64,000 nucleotides of DNA, taken from positions 238,819-302,818 of the forward strand of contig JBAZYN010000001.1 in assembly GCA_041659325.1 (NCBI GenBank). The letters run 5' to 3'. Under the pieces are notes generated by a model. It did not search any database, was not told the origin of the DNA, and saw nothing but the letters and a program-made list of their open reading frames with translations. The stretch's first letter is position 1; the number at the start of each line of letters is the position of its first letter. Below, in pieces: positions 8,750-19,617 of this stretch. Origin of the DNA: Candidatus Shapirobacteria bacterium. Its GTDB lineage: Bacteria > Patescibacteriota > Microgenomatia > UBA12405. The translations under genes and the position numbers were made by a program.

Positions 8750-11422
8750 ATGCTATCTATTTTCAAAAATCTGTTTGACGATAATCGTCGCCGGGTCAAA
8801 TCATTCGAATCGATAATTTCAGAAATCAATAAGCTAGAGCCCATCATTTCCCAACTCTCAGATAAGGAATTGTCTGAAAAAACCACTTTTTTCAAAGATC
8901 AAATCAATAAAGGCAAAAAGCTAGATGAAATATTACCGGAAGCCTACGCGGTTGTTCGCGAATCAATAAAAAGAACCATCGGAGAAAGGGCATATGATGT
9001 TCAATTATTAGCCGCTATCACCCTCCATCAGGGAGCTATTGCCGAACAAAAAACAGGTGAAGGTAAAACTCACTCCGTTATCTTTCCCGCCTACCTTAAT
9101 GCCCTCACCGGAAAAGGCGTACATATAATTACTCCAAACGATTATTTAACCCGTGTCGGCGCCGGATGGTACCCCAAAGCCCTCCATTTACTGGGTATTA
9201 AAACGGCCTGTATCATCCACGAACAATCATACATTCTGGATCCCTCGTACAAAGATACTACCGAGACTTTTGATGACCGTCTCGCGCATTTAAGACCGAT
9301 CAGCCGACAGGAAGCCTATGCTGCCGATATTACTTATGGGACCAACAATGAATTCGGTTTCGACTATCTCCGTGATCATATGGTCAGTGATCAAAAAGAT
9401 GCCGTTCAGAGTAATCACAACTTTGCCATTGTTGACGAGGTCGACTTCGTTTTAATTGATGAAGCCCGTACCCCTCTAATTATATCTTCCCCAAACAATC
9501 AACCGACCGACAAATACAATAAATTTGCCAAAATAGCCGCTGATTTACAACCGACCGACTATGTAATCGACGAAAAATCAAGGTCAGCCACCCTATCAGA
9601 ATACGGAATTAGAAAAGTTGAAAGAGTAATAGGCGTCACCAACCTCTATGAGGAATCCTTTGAAACCATTCATTACATCGAAAACGCTATCAAAGCGCGG
9701 GCTTTGTTTCACAAAGACAAGGATTATGTCATAAAAGACGGCGAGATAATAATTGTCGACGAGTTCACGGGTAGGTTAATGTATGGTCGCCGATGGTCCG
9801 ATGGTCTTCATCAGGCGGTTGAGGCCAAAGAAGGCGTCACCATACAACGTGAATCACAAACTTGGGCCACCATCACTTTTCAAAACTATTTTCGTCTATA
9901 CGCTAAATTAGCCGGGATGACCGGAACTGCCAATACTGAGGCTGAAGAATTTAAAAAAATATATAACCTTGATGTTGTTTGTATTCCAACCCATCGGCCC
10001 TTAAACCGTACCGATGACCAAGATTTAATTTTCAAAACCCAAAGATCAAAATATGTTGCTATCGGTAACTTAATCGAAGAGCTACACAAAAAGGGCCAAC
10101 CGGTCTTGGTCGGTACCACCTCAATCGAAAAAAATGGAATTATTGATTCGCTCCTGACCAAAAAAGGCATCCCTCACCAACTACTAAACGCCAAAAATCA
10201 CCGCTCCGAGGCAGAAATAATTGCCAAAGCCGGTATAAAAGGTGCTGTCACAGTCGCCACTAACATGGCTGGTAGGGGAGTCGATATCATTTTGGGCGGA
10301 CCAAAAGAAAGTCAGGACCCCAACTCCTGGCAAAAAAATCATGACGAAGTTGTTTCACTTGGCGGGCTATACGTCATTGGCACAGAGAGACATGAGTCGC
10401 GCCGGATCGATAATCAGCTCCGCGGTAGAGCCGGGCGTCAGGGTGATCCTGGTTTTTCCCAATTCCATGTTGCCCTGGATGATGATCTCATGAGAATTTT
10501 TGGTGGAGAAAAAATTAGCAGTATTATGACCCGCTTTAATATGCCCGAAGACACACCACTAACCCATCCCATAGTTTCAAAAGTCATCGAACAAATTCAG
10601 GTAAAAGTGGAAGGTTATAATTTTGATGTCCGCAAAAGCCTGGTTGAATACGACGATGTAATCAACAAACAAAGAAAAATAATTTACGGCCTTCGGGACA
10701 ATACTTTGAAAAGAAGTTACGATAATCCCAATGCAAACAAGGACGAAGTTTTTAAATATCTTACAAATGAAATAAGCCAAATTACTTCAAACCACATGGA
10801 ACCTGAGACCGGAACCTATGATACCGAAAAAATTGTCCTTGAATTCTCCGAAATCCTCCCTATGGACGAAAGGGGTAGGGGCAAAGTAAAAGAACAACTT
10901 GCGAAAACCGATAATTCACAAGATTTTCTCCTTAAACTTCTTGACCATAATTGGAAGGAAAGAGTCAAGTTTTTTGGTGAAAATATCACTAGCTCAATTC
11001 TTACCTATTCAGTTATCTCTACCCTCGATCCGTTATGGGTAGAACATCTAACTGCCCTGGATGAATTGAGAGACGGAGTAAGGCTTCGGGGTTACGCCCA
11101 AAAAGATCCTCTTATTGAATATCGCAAAGAAGGTTATGAAATGTTCCAAAAATTAATGCGCCAGTTTGAATATAATTTAGCTCGAAAAATTTTCCGTCTG
11201 GAGCCTGTCTCCACCAACAATCCTACCGCCCCGCAAAACGCCACCGAACGCCGGGGAGAAGATATCAAAATGTCATCGCCCGTAGTCCAAAACGACTTGC
11301 CACTCACCCAAATGGGAGTCCAAACCGTACCCGTTTCTCCGGCAGGTCCCGGAAGAAACGATCCCTGTCCCTGTGGTAGTGGTAAAAAATACAAAAAATG
11401 CTGTTATCCAAAATTTGGCTAA
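8750..11422 (+). CDS. secA: Preprotein translocase ATPase SecA
   Basis: 'EQKTGEGKTHSVIFPAYLNALTGKGVHIITPNDYL' is the Walker A/DEAD-like motor region. The protein is 890 aa. The C-terminus carries a 'CPCGSGKKYKKCC' zinc-binding tail. Confidence 0.9.
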   Translation: MLSIFKNLFDDNRRRVKSFESIISEINKLEPIISQLSDKELSEKTTFFKDQINKGKKLDEILPEAYAVVRESIKRTIGERAYDVQLLAAITLHQGAIAEQKTGEGKTHSVIFPAYLNALTGKGVHIITPNDYLTRVGAGWYPKALHLLGIKTACIIHEQSYILDPSYKDTTETFDDRLAHLRPISRQEAYAADITYGTNNEFGFDYLRDHMVSDQKDAVQSNHNFAIVDEVDFVLIDEARTPLIISSPNNQPTDKYNKFAKIAADLQPTDYVIDEKSRSATLSEYGIRKVERVIGVTNLYEESFETIHYIENAIKARALFHKDKDYVIKDGEIIIVDEFTGRLMYGRRWSDGLHQAVEAKEGVTIQRESQTWATITFQNYFRLYAKLAGMTGTANTEAEEFKKIYNLDVVCIPTHRPLNRTDDQDLIFKTQRSKYVAIGNLIEELHKKGQPVLVGTTSIEKNGIIDSLLTKKGIPHQLLNAKNHRSEAEIIAKAGIKGAVTVATNMAGRGVDIILGGPKESQDPNSWQKNHDEVVSLGGLYVIGTERHESRRIDNQLRGRAGRQGDPGFSQFHVALDDDLMRIFGGEKISSIMTRFNMPEDTPLTHPIVSKVIEQIQVKVEGYNFDVRKSLVEYDDVINKQRKIIYGLRDNTLKRSYDNPNANKDEVFKYLTNEISQITSNHMEPETGTYDTEKIVLEFSEILPMDERGRGKVKEQLAKTDNSQDFLLKLLDHNWKERVKFFGENITSSILTYSVISTLDPLWVEHLTALDELRDGVRLRGYAQKDPLIEYRKEGYEMFQKLMRQFEYNLARKIFRLEPVSTNNPTAPQNATERRGEDIKMSSPVVQNDLPLTQMGVQTVPVSPAGPGRNDPCPCGSGKKYKKCCYPKFG

Positions 11423-12000
11423 TTTTAAAATTCATACTCATTACTTTCGTTATTTTAACCTCTCCCTGGTTTATACCACAACCACTTACAAACAAAATAT
11501 TTCTGCTTCTTACCACCTTATCGCTTTTTTTCTTTTTCAATTTCAAAACGTCAACACAAAAAATTATATTTCTCATCTGCTTTTTCGTTCTAGTTTATAT
11601 CCAAGTATCATCAACAGATATTGCAAATACATACAATTTTACCGACCATCAAAAATACATATACCAAAACCGGCTTAACCAATATCCCCCCTCTTTAGCC
11701 AGATTGGGTAACATTTTAGAAAATCGGCTTGACTCCCCAATAATCTATCGCTTACGCCAAAATTTCTTTGACAGTCTTGATCTTGTTAATTATTTTAAAA
11801 ACCTCTTTCTACCAACTTTATTCATCCCCTTTGTAATCGGTTTTAATAAATTTCTTAAACGCCCAAACAAGTTTATCGCTACTACAGCCGTCATTTCTAT
11901 CCTCCTACTGACAATAACTGGCCCCAATGGCTCCTACGGACCGCTTCTCATGTTTCCCTTCATTACTATAATAATTTCTCGCTACTCTCTTGAAAAATAA
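11398..12000 (+). CDS. Hypothetical small polytopic membrane protein
   Basis: A hydrophobic 200-aa ORF. It overlaps the secA 3' end by 25 nt in another frame, and it may be real or may have a later start. No family recognised. Confidence 0.3.
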   Translation: MLLSKIWLILKFILITFVILTSPWFIPQPLTNKIFLLLTTLSLFFFFNFKTSTQKIIFLICFFVLVYIQVSSTDIANTYNFTDHQKYIYQNRLNQYPPSLARLGNILENRLDSPIIYRLRQNFFDSLDLVNYFKNLFLPTLFIPFVIGFNKFLKRPNKFIATTAVISILLLTITGPNGSYGPLLMFPFITIIISRYSLEK

Positions 12001-13459
12001 ATTATTTTTATCAGCAATTCTCTTGTTCAGTTTCTTTCTGTATTCATATAAACTCAGCCAAATCCCTTCCGTCTATGTCGACGAGGCTGTAACCGGCTAC
12101 AATGCCTACTCAATACTAAAAACAGGAAAGGATGAAAATGGGAAATTATTCCCTATATATTTTCGTTTTTTCAACGCCTATTCTCCCGGTCTCTACACCT
12201 ATTCTATAGTTCCGCTTATAAAACTTTTTGGCCTCAACCCATTTTCTGTCCGCTTACTTTCAGTATTTTCCGGAGTTGTCTCGGTTTATATCTTTTACCG
12301 TTTAGTATTTATATTTTTAAAATCGGAAAAAAAATCATTAATAACCACCTCCTTTTATGCCATTCTCCCCTGGACTATCTTTAACAGTCGTCTCGGGTAC
12401 GAGGTTATGTATGCCGCCGCCATCTTTAACACCGGTGCTTATCTTGTATTTAAACTCCTACCAAATATTTCAAATCTCGGTCTTCTCCTAATCAGCCTAT
12501 CTACCTATGCTTCCCACAACCAGCGATACTTAGCACCTTTATTCATCATCGGCTATTTCATAATTATCAAGACCCCCAAAATAAAAACCCTGCTTATGCT
12601 TCTAATTTCTCAAATCCCGAATCTAATCTTGATGTTTACTCCTGCTTTCTGGGTAAAAAACAGTATCTTTTCCCTGAAATATATACTTTTACAAATTATC
12701 ACCTATATTTCGCCCAAGACCCTTTTTTTCGAACTACCCGATATTGATTTACAACACCAGATTCCCAAAATCTCCCTCCTTTATTGGTGGATGATAATCC
12801 CCTTAGTAACCGGTCTGAAAAAATTGACGCCCAGAACTCTAAAAGAACATCGCCTGCTAATTTTTTGGGCAATTATTTCTCTGGTTCCGGCTTCATTGAG
12901 CGGAGAATTTATATCCATCCAAAGGGCACTGCCTTTTCTTTTCCCCATCAGCCTAATCATCTCTTTGGGCCTTTCCCAAATTAATAGAACACTTCTACTA
13001 ATAGCATTCCCATATTCATTAGCCCTATTTCTTCGGTCATATTTTATATTTCTCCCAAAAGAGTTGGCCTTATCCTGGAATGAGGGATATCGTCAGCTTT
13101 CAGAATTTTCTCTTTCACATGGCCATGAAACAATTCTCGTCGACAATAGCCGCAACATCCGAAACTATATCCTACCGCTTTTTTATCAGAAATATGACCC
13201 AACTCTATATCAGCAATCGCTGGGAAAGAGTATTTCCTCACGTTATTACCAGGTACCACCTCAACTAAGCACCTACCATTATGGCAGTTTAACTTTTGCT
13301 CCAATAGATTGGAGCCAAATAGAAAATTATGACTATATTGTTTCCGATAGTTTATCTGTTTCGTCTGATCAGGCCCGAGAGCACAATCTTGTACTTTTTG
13401 AAACTATACTGACTCAAAACCACCAAATCTCCCAAGAAATATACAAGGTGGTAAAATAA
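11990..13459 (+). CDS. PMT/ArnT-superfamily (GT39/GT83-like) GT-C membrane glycosyltransferase, paralog 1
   Basis: An N-terminal TM is followed by the loop motif 'VDEAVTGYNAYSILKTGKDENGKLFP'. The protein has more than 10 predicted TM segments and a C-terminal soluble domain. Six further paralogs lie later in the window. Confidence 0.6.
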   Translation: MKNKLFLSAILLFSFFLYSYKLSQIPSVYVDEAVTGYNAYSILKTGKDENGKLFPIYFRFFNAYSPGLYTYSIVPLIKLFGLNPFSVRLLSVFSGVVSVYIFYRLVFIFLKSEKKSLITTSFYAILPWTIFNSRLGYEVMYAAAIFNTGAYLVFKLLPNISNLGLLLISLSTYASHNQRYLAPLFIIGYFIIIKTPKIKTLLMLLISQIPNLILMFTPAFWVKNSIFSLKYILLQIITYISPKTLFFELPDIDLQHQIPKISLLYWWMIIPLVTGLKKLTPRTLKEHRLLIFWAIISLVPASLSGEFISIQRALPFLFPISLIISLGLSQINRTLLLIAFPYSLALFLRSYFIFLPKELALSWNEGYRQLSEFSLSHGHETILVDNSRNIRNYILPLFYQKYDPTLYQQSLGKSISSRYYQVPPQLSTYHYGSLTFAPIDWSQIENYDYIVSDSLSVSSDQAREHNLVLFETILTQNHQISQEIYKVVK

Positions 13460-13465
13460 CAACCA

Positions 13466-14476
13466 GTGATTGATTACAAAAAGCCGTCATCAGAGATTCT
13501 AAGGGCAATAAAAAAGTCCAAACAAATTCTTCTTCATCTCCATCGTGGCCCCGACGGGGATAGTGTCGGAAGTGCCTTAGCCATGATGCACTACCTTACC
13601 TCCATTGGCAAAAAAGTTACCTTAATTAGCGGCGATTCTGACCCTCCGACCTATCTTTCTTCTCTCCCTGGTTTTAAAAAAATTAAAAACCAAAGTTTTC
13701 AGAAAACAAACCTAAAAAAATATGATTTATTTATCATCTTAGATTCCGGTGATCTAAACCAAATATCCAGTATTAGTGAAATTATTTTTCCAAAAAGTTT
13801 AAACACTGTCACTATTGACCACCACCATGCCAATCCCGGATATGCCAACATCAATCTTGTCGATAAAGACGCCCCTGCTACCTGCCAAATTATCTATAAA
13901 TTGTTCAAACTTTGGAAATTTGATATCACTCCGGAAATCGCTGTTTGTTTATATATCGGAATTTATCAGGACACCATGTTTAAATATCCAGGTACTTCAT
14001 ACATTACTTTTGAGATATGTGCCCACCTTACAAAACTCTATCCTGATTTCACCAAAATAGTTTTTGATATGGAAAACAGTAATCACCCTTCAAGGTTAAA
14101 GTTGCAGGGCATCGCCCTTAACTCGATCGAAACATATCTTGACGACCACCTTGCAATAAGTTCTATCTCCAATCAGGATATCGTGAACAATTCATTTACC
14201 ACCACCAACATTAGCGGAAACGAGATGGCCAATATTCTAAGATCTGTAACCGGTTGGACAATCTCTGCCCACATTATTGAATATCAACCAAACCATTGCA
14301 AGATCAGTCTCCGAACCAGAAATTCAGACAAATATGACGTCAGTAAAATCGCTATGGCAGTTGGAGTCGGAGGTGGACACAAAGCCTCTTCAGGGTCTAC
14401 TGTTGATCTTCCTCTCCCTGAAACCAAAAAACTCCTAGTTGATACTGTCAAAAAAATTTATCCTCGGCTTAAATAA
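13466..14476 (+). CDS. nrnA: DHH/DHHA1 phosphoesterase (NrnA-like oligoribonuclease / pAp phosphatase)
   Basis: 'GPDGDSVGS' is followed by 'LDSGD', the DHH motif in 'IDHHHAN', and the C-terminal DHHA1 'GGGHKASSG'. Confidence 0.75.
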   Translation: MIDYKKPSSEILRAIKKSKQILLHLHRGPDGDSVGSALAMMHYLTSIGKKVTLISGDSDPPTYLSSLPGFKKIKNQSFQKTNLKKYDLFIILDSGDLNQISSISEIIFPKSLNTVTIDHHHANPGYANINLVDKDAPATCQIIYKLFKLWKFDITPEIAVCLYIGIYQDTMFKYPGTSYITFEICAHLTKLYPDFTKIVFDMENSNHPSRLKLQGIALNSIETYLDDHLAISSISNQDIVNNSFTTTNISGNEMANILRSVTGWTISAHIIEYQPNHCKISLRTRNSDKYDVSKIAMAVGVGGGHKASSGSTVDLPLPETKKLLVDTVKKIYPRLK

Positions 14477-14479
14477 CCG

Positions 14480-16321
14480 TTACCGGCCATGCCTTTCCGC
14501 TCTCACCCGATCAACTTTTGTTAAGTATCGTTTTCTTAATCTGATATTTTTGGGTGTGACGTCTATCAGCTCATCACTATTGATAAAATCCAAGCTTTCT
14601 TCAATACTGTATTTGACCGCCGGTGCTAAAATGATTGCCTCATCGTTTCCCGAAGACCTCATATTTGTTAGTTGTTTTCCCTTGCACACATTAATCTCTA
14701 AGTCTCCCACCACAGGGCGGACCCCACAAACTTGCCCTTCATATACCGGTTCAGTCGGACCTACAAAGGTAACTCCTCTTTTCTGCGCTAGGTCAAGTCC
14801 AAAAGACAATGCTTTACCGCCTTCAGAAGCAATCATTGCCCCATTTCTCGACCGAGGGATTTCTTCACCCTTGACCTCGTAACCCAAAAATATCGTATTA
14901 ATAGAAGCCAACCCTTTTGTTTCCGTCATCAAAGCACTTCTCAAACCCAAACCATTTTTTTCACTTATCTTATAAACCATTTTTAGGTTACCTTTTTGAT
15001 CCGTAACCATATCAAGCATTTTGGCTTTTCTTTTACCAAGTTCTGCCGTAATCACACCCACATAGTCCTCAGGTGTCAAAATAGTCAGTTCGTTATATGG
15101 TTCACTCGTTTTACCGTCAATAGTCTTATAAATCACCTCGGGTTTACCCACCTCCATTGCGTATCCCTCACGGCGCAATTTTTCAATCAATATTGCCAGG
15201 TGCAATTCTCCTCTTCCGGAAACCAACACCCTGATACTGTCATCCGGGTCATCTTCGATTTTTAGTCCCAAATTGGTCTCAACCTCTTCGCGCAACCTGG
15301 CTTTCAATTCTCGGCTGGTTAGATATTTCGATTCATCTCTGGCAAAAACAGATGTATTGGGGCCAAAACTGGCTTTAATGGTCGGTTCGGTTACCACAAT
15401 TTCCGGCAAAGCAACCTGAAAATTAGGACTGGTTATGGTTTGCCCAATTTCAAGTTCATTAATCCCGGCCAGATATATAACTTCACCACTACCGGCCAAA
15501 TCATTTTCAACTTTTACGATACCTTCGTTGACATACATCCGCTCAACCTTATAATTTCCCAAAACTTTCTGATCCGGTTTAACCAAGGAGACGTAACTAC
15601 CTTTTTTTATTATCCCCTGATTAATCCTCCCCACCGCCAATCTCCCCAAATACTCATTTCTCTCAAACGCCGAAACCAACATCTGAAATGGCTTATCGGA
15701 ATTCCTGACCGCAGACGGAAAATACTCAATAATTGTTTCAAATAACGGTCCGACATCGCCGGGTTGGTCAAAACTATCCGGTATCTCTTTCCAGGTTTTC
15801 CCGTCTCTTCCGACAGCATAAATAATCGGAAAGTCCAAAAGATCCAAATCAGCTGCCAGCGATAAAAATAAATTTTCGGTATCAGCCACCACTTCTTTCA
15901 CCCTGGCGTCTTTTCTGTCAATCTTATTTATCACCAATATTACTTTCAACCCATAGTCCAAAGCTCTTTTCAAAACAAATTTGGTCTGCGACAGGGGACC
16001 CTCAGCCGCGTCAACAATTAAAAGCACTCCATCTGCCATATTAAGAACCCGTTCAACCTCGCCCCCAAAGTCGGCATGTCCCGGAGTATCGATTATGTTG
16101 ATTTTTATATCTTTATAGAAAACAGAGGTATTCTTTGACAAAATTGTAATTCCCTTCTCCCTCTCCAAATCATTGCTATCCATAATCCTGTCTATATTCA
16201 TTTCCTCCTGATTATCACGAAAAGTATGGGTTTGTTTCAACATCGCATCCACCAGAGTTGTCTTACCATGATCGACATGGGCAATAACGGCAACATTTCT
16301 GATATCACTAAATTTTGGCAT
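14480..16321 (-). CDS. typA: Translational GTPase TypA/BipA
   Basis: '[17 protein letters not shown]' is the G1 motif and '[14 protein letters not shown]' is the G3 motif. The 613-aa length and domain order are typical for BipA. Confidence 0.9.
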   Translation of the reverse strand: MPKFSDIRNVAVIAHVDHGKTTLVDAMLKQTHTFRDNQEEMNIDRIMDSNDLEREKGITILSKNTSVFYKDIKINIIDTPGHADFGGEVERVLNMADGVLLIVDAAEGPLSQTKFVLKRALDYGLKVILVINKIDRKDARVKEVVADTENLFLSLAADLDLLDFPIIYAVGRDGKTWKEIPDSFDQPGDVGPLFETIIEYFPSAVRNSDKPFQMLVSAFERNEYLGRLAVGRINQGIIKKGSYVSLVKPDQKVLGNYKVERMYVNEGIVKVENDLAGSGEVIYLAGINELEIGQTITSPNFQVALPEIVVTEPTIKASFGPNTSVFARDESKYLTSRELKARLREEVETNLGLKIEDDPDDSIRVLVSGRGELHLAILIEKLRREGYAMEVGKPEVIYKTIDGKTSEPYNELTILTPEDYVGVITAELGKRKAKMLDMVTDQKGNLKMVYKISEKNGLGLRSALMTETKGLASINTIFLGYEVKGEEIPRSRNGAMIASEGGKALSFGLDLAQKRGVTFVGPTEPVYEGQVCGVRPVVGDLEINVCKGKQLTNMRSSGNDEAIILAPAVKYSIEESLDFINSDELIDVTPKNIRLRKRYLTKVDRVRAERHGR

Positions 16322-16379
16322 TCGTACATTATACCCCCAAAAACATGTTTTTACTCATATTAGGGGTTAAAATATACCA

Positions 16380-17138
16380 ATGACACTAAAAAAAATTACC
16401 ATTGGTTTATTTATCCTAATTTTATCCTGCATTAGTTGGCTAATTTTTGAAAACCCGACACGTTTTGAACAAAAATTTTCAAACACCGCCACAATTGTAG
16501 AAAATACCATCGACACCATTGCGCCCAAACCAACCAAAATCCTTAAAGACGGTCTACCAAACAGATATCTGATAGAAGCCCCCTTTGTCGAACAGGCACC
16601 GGAAAAAAACTGGGATCAACCCTGGCAGGATGCCTGCGAAGAAGCCGGGCTTCTCACCGTTGATTACTTTTACAAAAATATTACCCCCTCCCCCCAGGAT
16701 ATTAAGCAATCGATCCTTGACATGATTGACTACGAAAAACTCCAGAAGTGGAAAATAGACATAAATATCAACCAAATGCAACAAATTTCTGAAAAATATT
16801 TGGGCTATAACTCCGAAATTCTTATTAATCCAAGTGTTGAGGAAATAAAAAAATACATATCCAAAAATATTCCCATAGTTGTTCCCGCAAACGGTAAAAC
16901 CCTTTATCGGGAAAACAAACATTTTAAAAATGGTGGTCCGGAATATCACGTTGTTGTAATTCTAGGGTATAACGACGACAAATCTCAATTTACTGTACAC
17001 GATGTCGGTACTCAATTTGGAAAATATTTCCGTTACTCGTATAACCTACTTTTAGAGGCCAATCATAATCTCCCCGAATCAGGGAACAAAAAAGAAATTG
17101 ATTCCGGAAGCAAAGAAATGCTAATTCTGTTAAAATAA
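16380..17138 (+). CDS. Membrane-anchored papain-like (C39-like) peptidase-fold protein
   Basis: An N-terminal TM is present. 'NWDQPWQDACEEAG' is a candidate Gln...Cys pair. 'YHVVVILGYNDD' is a candidate His/Asp pair. The spacing resembles the peptidase_C39-like fold. Confidence 0.4.
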   Translation: MTLKKITIGLFILILSCISWLIFENPTRFEQKFSNTATIVENTIDTIAPKPTKILKDGLPNRYLIEAPFVEQAPEKNWDQPWQDACEEAGLLTVDYFYKNITPSPQDIKQSILDMIDYEKLQKWKIDININQMQQISEKYLGYNSEILINPSVEEIKKYISKNIPIVVPANGKTLYRENKHFKNGGPEYHVVVILGYNDDKSQFTVHDVGTQFGKYFRYSYNLLLEANHNLPESGNKKEIDSGSKEMLILLK

Positions 17139-17142
17139 CCCC

Positions 17143-17748
17143 ATGAACAAATTTTTAAGATTATTTTGTACCTCTTTTGTTATAATTTCCGCAACTTTAT
17201 TATTTTCTGCCTGTTCTCTCAAAAAAGAAGAAACAAACCCACTCCCTATGAACCAAGACGACCAAAATCAAGTTACCCCAAATATTTCACCGACTAATAC
17301 GGGAATATCTCAGGATGAGACCATTGTCGGGCTAAATACAAAATACGGCCAGATAGTAATTAAGCTTTATCAAAAAGAGGCTCCCAATACCGTCGCAAAC
17401 TTTCTTAAAAAAGTTGAAAGCGGTGCCTACAATGGTCTTACTTTCCATCGGGTTGAGCCGGGATTTGTAGTCCAGGGTGGTGATCCTGCCGGAAACGGAA
17501 CAGGCGGGGGAACCCAAACCTCAGAAATAAATACCTTGCCGTTCAAACGCGGATCAGTCGGCCTGGCCAGAGGTCCGATAAAAGAAAATTCAAATGATAG
17601 CCAATTTTATATATGTCTATCAGACGAATCATGTAGCCACCTTACTGGCGAATACGTCAACTTCGGAGAAGTAATTACCGGTATGGAATTTGTAGACAGC
17701 ATCCGCGTCGGTGACAAAATAATAGATCTTTCTTCTCACACCAAATGA
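17143..17748 (+). CDS. Cyclophilin-type peptidyl-prolyl isomerase, lipoprotein
   Basis: The lipobox 'LLFSAC' is followed by 'FHRVEPGFVVQGGDPAGNGTGGG...GSVGLAR', which is the cyclophilin core. Confidence 0.8.
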   Translation: MNKFLRLFCTSFVIISATLLFSACSLKKEETNPLPMNQDDQNQVTPNISPTNTGISQDETIVGLNTKYGQIVIKLYQKEAPNTVANFLKKVESGAYNGLTFHRVEPGFVVQGGDPAGNGTGGGTQTSEINTLPFKRGSVGLARGPIKENSNDSQFYICLSDESCSHLTGEYVNFGEVITGMEFVDSIRVGDKIIDLSSHTK

Positions 17749-18128
17749 AACCACTTATCCCATTCATTCTCATAGTTGTAGCAATTTTTGGATACTTCAA
17801 ATTTTTTAGCCCGAAAAAACCTACCGTTTCAGGTAGTACGGTTACCAACCCCGACCTGATTCTTTACTGGGGAGAAGGCTGTTCCCACTGTGAAAATTTA
17901 AAAAAATATATTACTGACAACAAAATCGAAGAAAGACTCAAAATCGAATACAAAGAAATATGGAAAAACGAATCCAATCTAAACGATCTAAAAGAAACCA
18001 TAAAATCATGTCCGGAAATTGATCCCTCCGCAGGAATTGGCGTCCCTCTGGTCTTTTTTACTTCAGAGAAAAAATGCATTCTCGGCGATACTCCGACAAT
18101 CGACAAGATTGAGCAAATGATAAAATAA
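17745..18128 (+). CDS. Membrane-anchored thioredoxin-fold protein (CxxC)
   Basis: An N-terminal TM is followed by 'YWGEGCSHCENLKKY', which is a glutaredoxin/thioredoxin-like CxxC motif. Confidence 0.5.
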   Translation: MKPLIPFILIVVAIFGYFKFFSPKKPTVSGSTVTNPDLILYWGEGCSHCENLKKYITDNKIEERLKIEYKEIWKNESNLNDLKETIKSCPEIDPSAGIGVPLVFFTSEKKCILGDTPTIDKIEQMIK

Positions 18129-18131
18129 ACT

Positions 18132-18545
18132 GTGGTAAAAAATACCCGGGTAAAAAAATATCATTTTTCCTTCCAAACTGTCATTAGACTCACTATCTTT
18201 TTATTGTTTATATATTTTATAATCACCCAAATTTCCAAGCAAAAACTTCCTGTCGACATGACTTTTAATTCAACCATTCTCGGCGAAAAAACGTCATCAC
18301 CATCAGCTCAATTATTTCTGAAAAACACTTTCGACATCGTCTACGATAAACTTCCTCCAAAAAGTCAGGAGACCATTAATAATCTCGATAATAACCCCCT
18401 AATCACTACTATTCAGGAAAAACTTGATTATGTAAAAAAAGAATCACTAAATTTTCCCCAAAAACAAATAAATGAGATCAAAAAATCCATAATAAATTCC
18501 ATTTATAAAAACATAATGGAAAGCATTAATACCGAAAAACAATGA
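18132..18545 (+). CDS. Hypothetical membrane-anchored protein
   Basis: A single N-terminal TM is present. The remainder is lysine/asparagine-rich. No family recognised. Confidence 0.35.
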   Translation: MVKNTRVKKYHFSFQTVIRLTIFLLFIYFIITQISKQKLPVDMTFNSTILGEKTSSPSAQLFLKNTFDIVYDKLPPKSQETINNLDNNPLITTIQEKLDYVKKESLNFPQKQINEIKKSIINSIYKNIMESINTEKQ

Positions 18546-19615
18546 TCGATACCACTCAGCTAATTAATAAAATCGAACTTCTAAAAAATAAACTAAAAAT
18601 AGAAGACAAAAAGGAAAATCTCCGTGACCTCAAAAAACTTTCTGAAGACGCCACCCTTTGGTCTGATCCCCATAAAGCTGCCAATTTGATGCAACAAATT
18701 TCAGCCATCCAAAAAACCATCGACCTCGTTTTCGATATCGAATCTGGGATCAAAGAACTGTCTGAATATCAAAAACTTTTTGAAAGTCAGCCGGATGCCA
18801 CCCTCGTCGGCGAACTCAACACACTTTTCGATGAACTGGAGAAAAAAATCAATACCTTGGAGTTGGAAACATTTCTTTCCGGAAAATATGATCCAAACGA
18901 TGCTATCGTCTCTATCCATTCCGGCCAGGGGGGGACAGAGGCCATGGACTGGGCCTCCATTCTGCAACGAATGTATATGAGATTTTTTGAAAGAAGAGGA
19001 TGGAAGTTTGAAGTTCTTGACTACACCCCGGGAGACGAAGCCGGAATCAAATCAATTTTTTTCAAAGTCACTGCCCCCTATGCTTTTGGATATCTCCGGA
19101 GAGAATCAGGGGTACATCGTCTAGTTAGGCTATCACCATTCAATGCCGACAGCCTTCGCCAAACCTCATTTGCGAAAGTCGAGGTTAGCCCAATAATTAC
19201 CGACAGTCAGGACTTCAAAATTAATCCCGAAGAAATCGAATTTGCCGCATATCGATCGGGGGGACACGGTGGACAAAATGTTAACAAAGTTAGTACCGCT
19301 GTCAGACTCGTCCACAAAACAACCGGAATCGCCGTCTCCTGCCAAAGCCAACGATCTCAGGAACAAAATCGCAACATGGCTCTTGAAATGCTAACCTCCA
19401 AACTCTGGGCGATAGAAGAGGAAAAACAACAACAGGAAAAAAAAGAATATAAAGGGGAAAACGTATTAGCCGGTTGGGGACATCAAATTCGATCATATGT
19501 TCTCCACCCATATAAAATGGTAAAAGATCTCCGTACCAGATATGAAACATCGGATACTGTAAGTGTATTAGATGGCAACCTCGACGATTTTATCGGAGCA
19601 GAACTAAGACTATAA
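18542..19615 (+). CDS. prfB: Peptide chain release factor 2
   Basis: '[16 protein letters not shown]' is the SPF tripeptide that marks RF2, and '[10 protein letters not shown]' is the GGQ motif. The ORF is continuous, with no +1 frameshift site. Confidence 0.85.
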   Translation: MIDTTQLINKIELLKNKLKIEDKKENLRDLKKLSEDATLWSDPHKAANLMQQISAIQKTIDLVFDIESGIKELSEYQKLFESQPDATLVGELNTLFDELEKKINTLELETFLSGKYDPNDAIVSIHSGQGGTEAMDWASILQRMYMRFFERRGWKFEVLDYTPGDEAGIKSIFFKVTAPYAFGYLRRESGVHRLVRLSPFNADSLRQTSFAKVEVSPIITDSQDFKINPEEIEFAAYRSGGHGGQNVNKVSTAVRLVHKTTGIAVSCQSQRSQEQNRNMALEMLTSKLWAIEEEKQQQEKKEYKGENVLAGWGHQIRSYVLHPYKMVKDLRTRYETSDTVSVLDGNLDDFIGAELRL

Positions 19616-19617
19616 AC

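Noticed and set aside
14439-14882. 147-aa plus-strand ORF
   Set aside because: It is antisense to typA, which has unambiguous GTPase motifs. It is spurious.
18542-19615. Expected a prfB programmed frameshift, and considered the possibility of a UGA-recoded genetic code
   Set aside because: The ORF is continuous and TGA terminates neighbouring genes. There is no evidence for a frameshift or for recoding.
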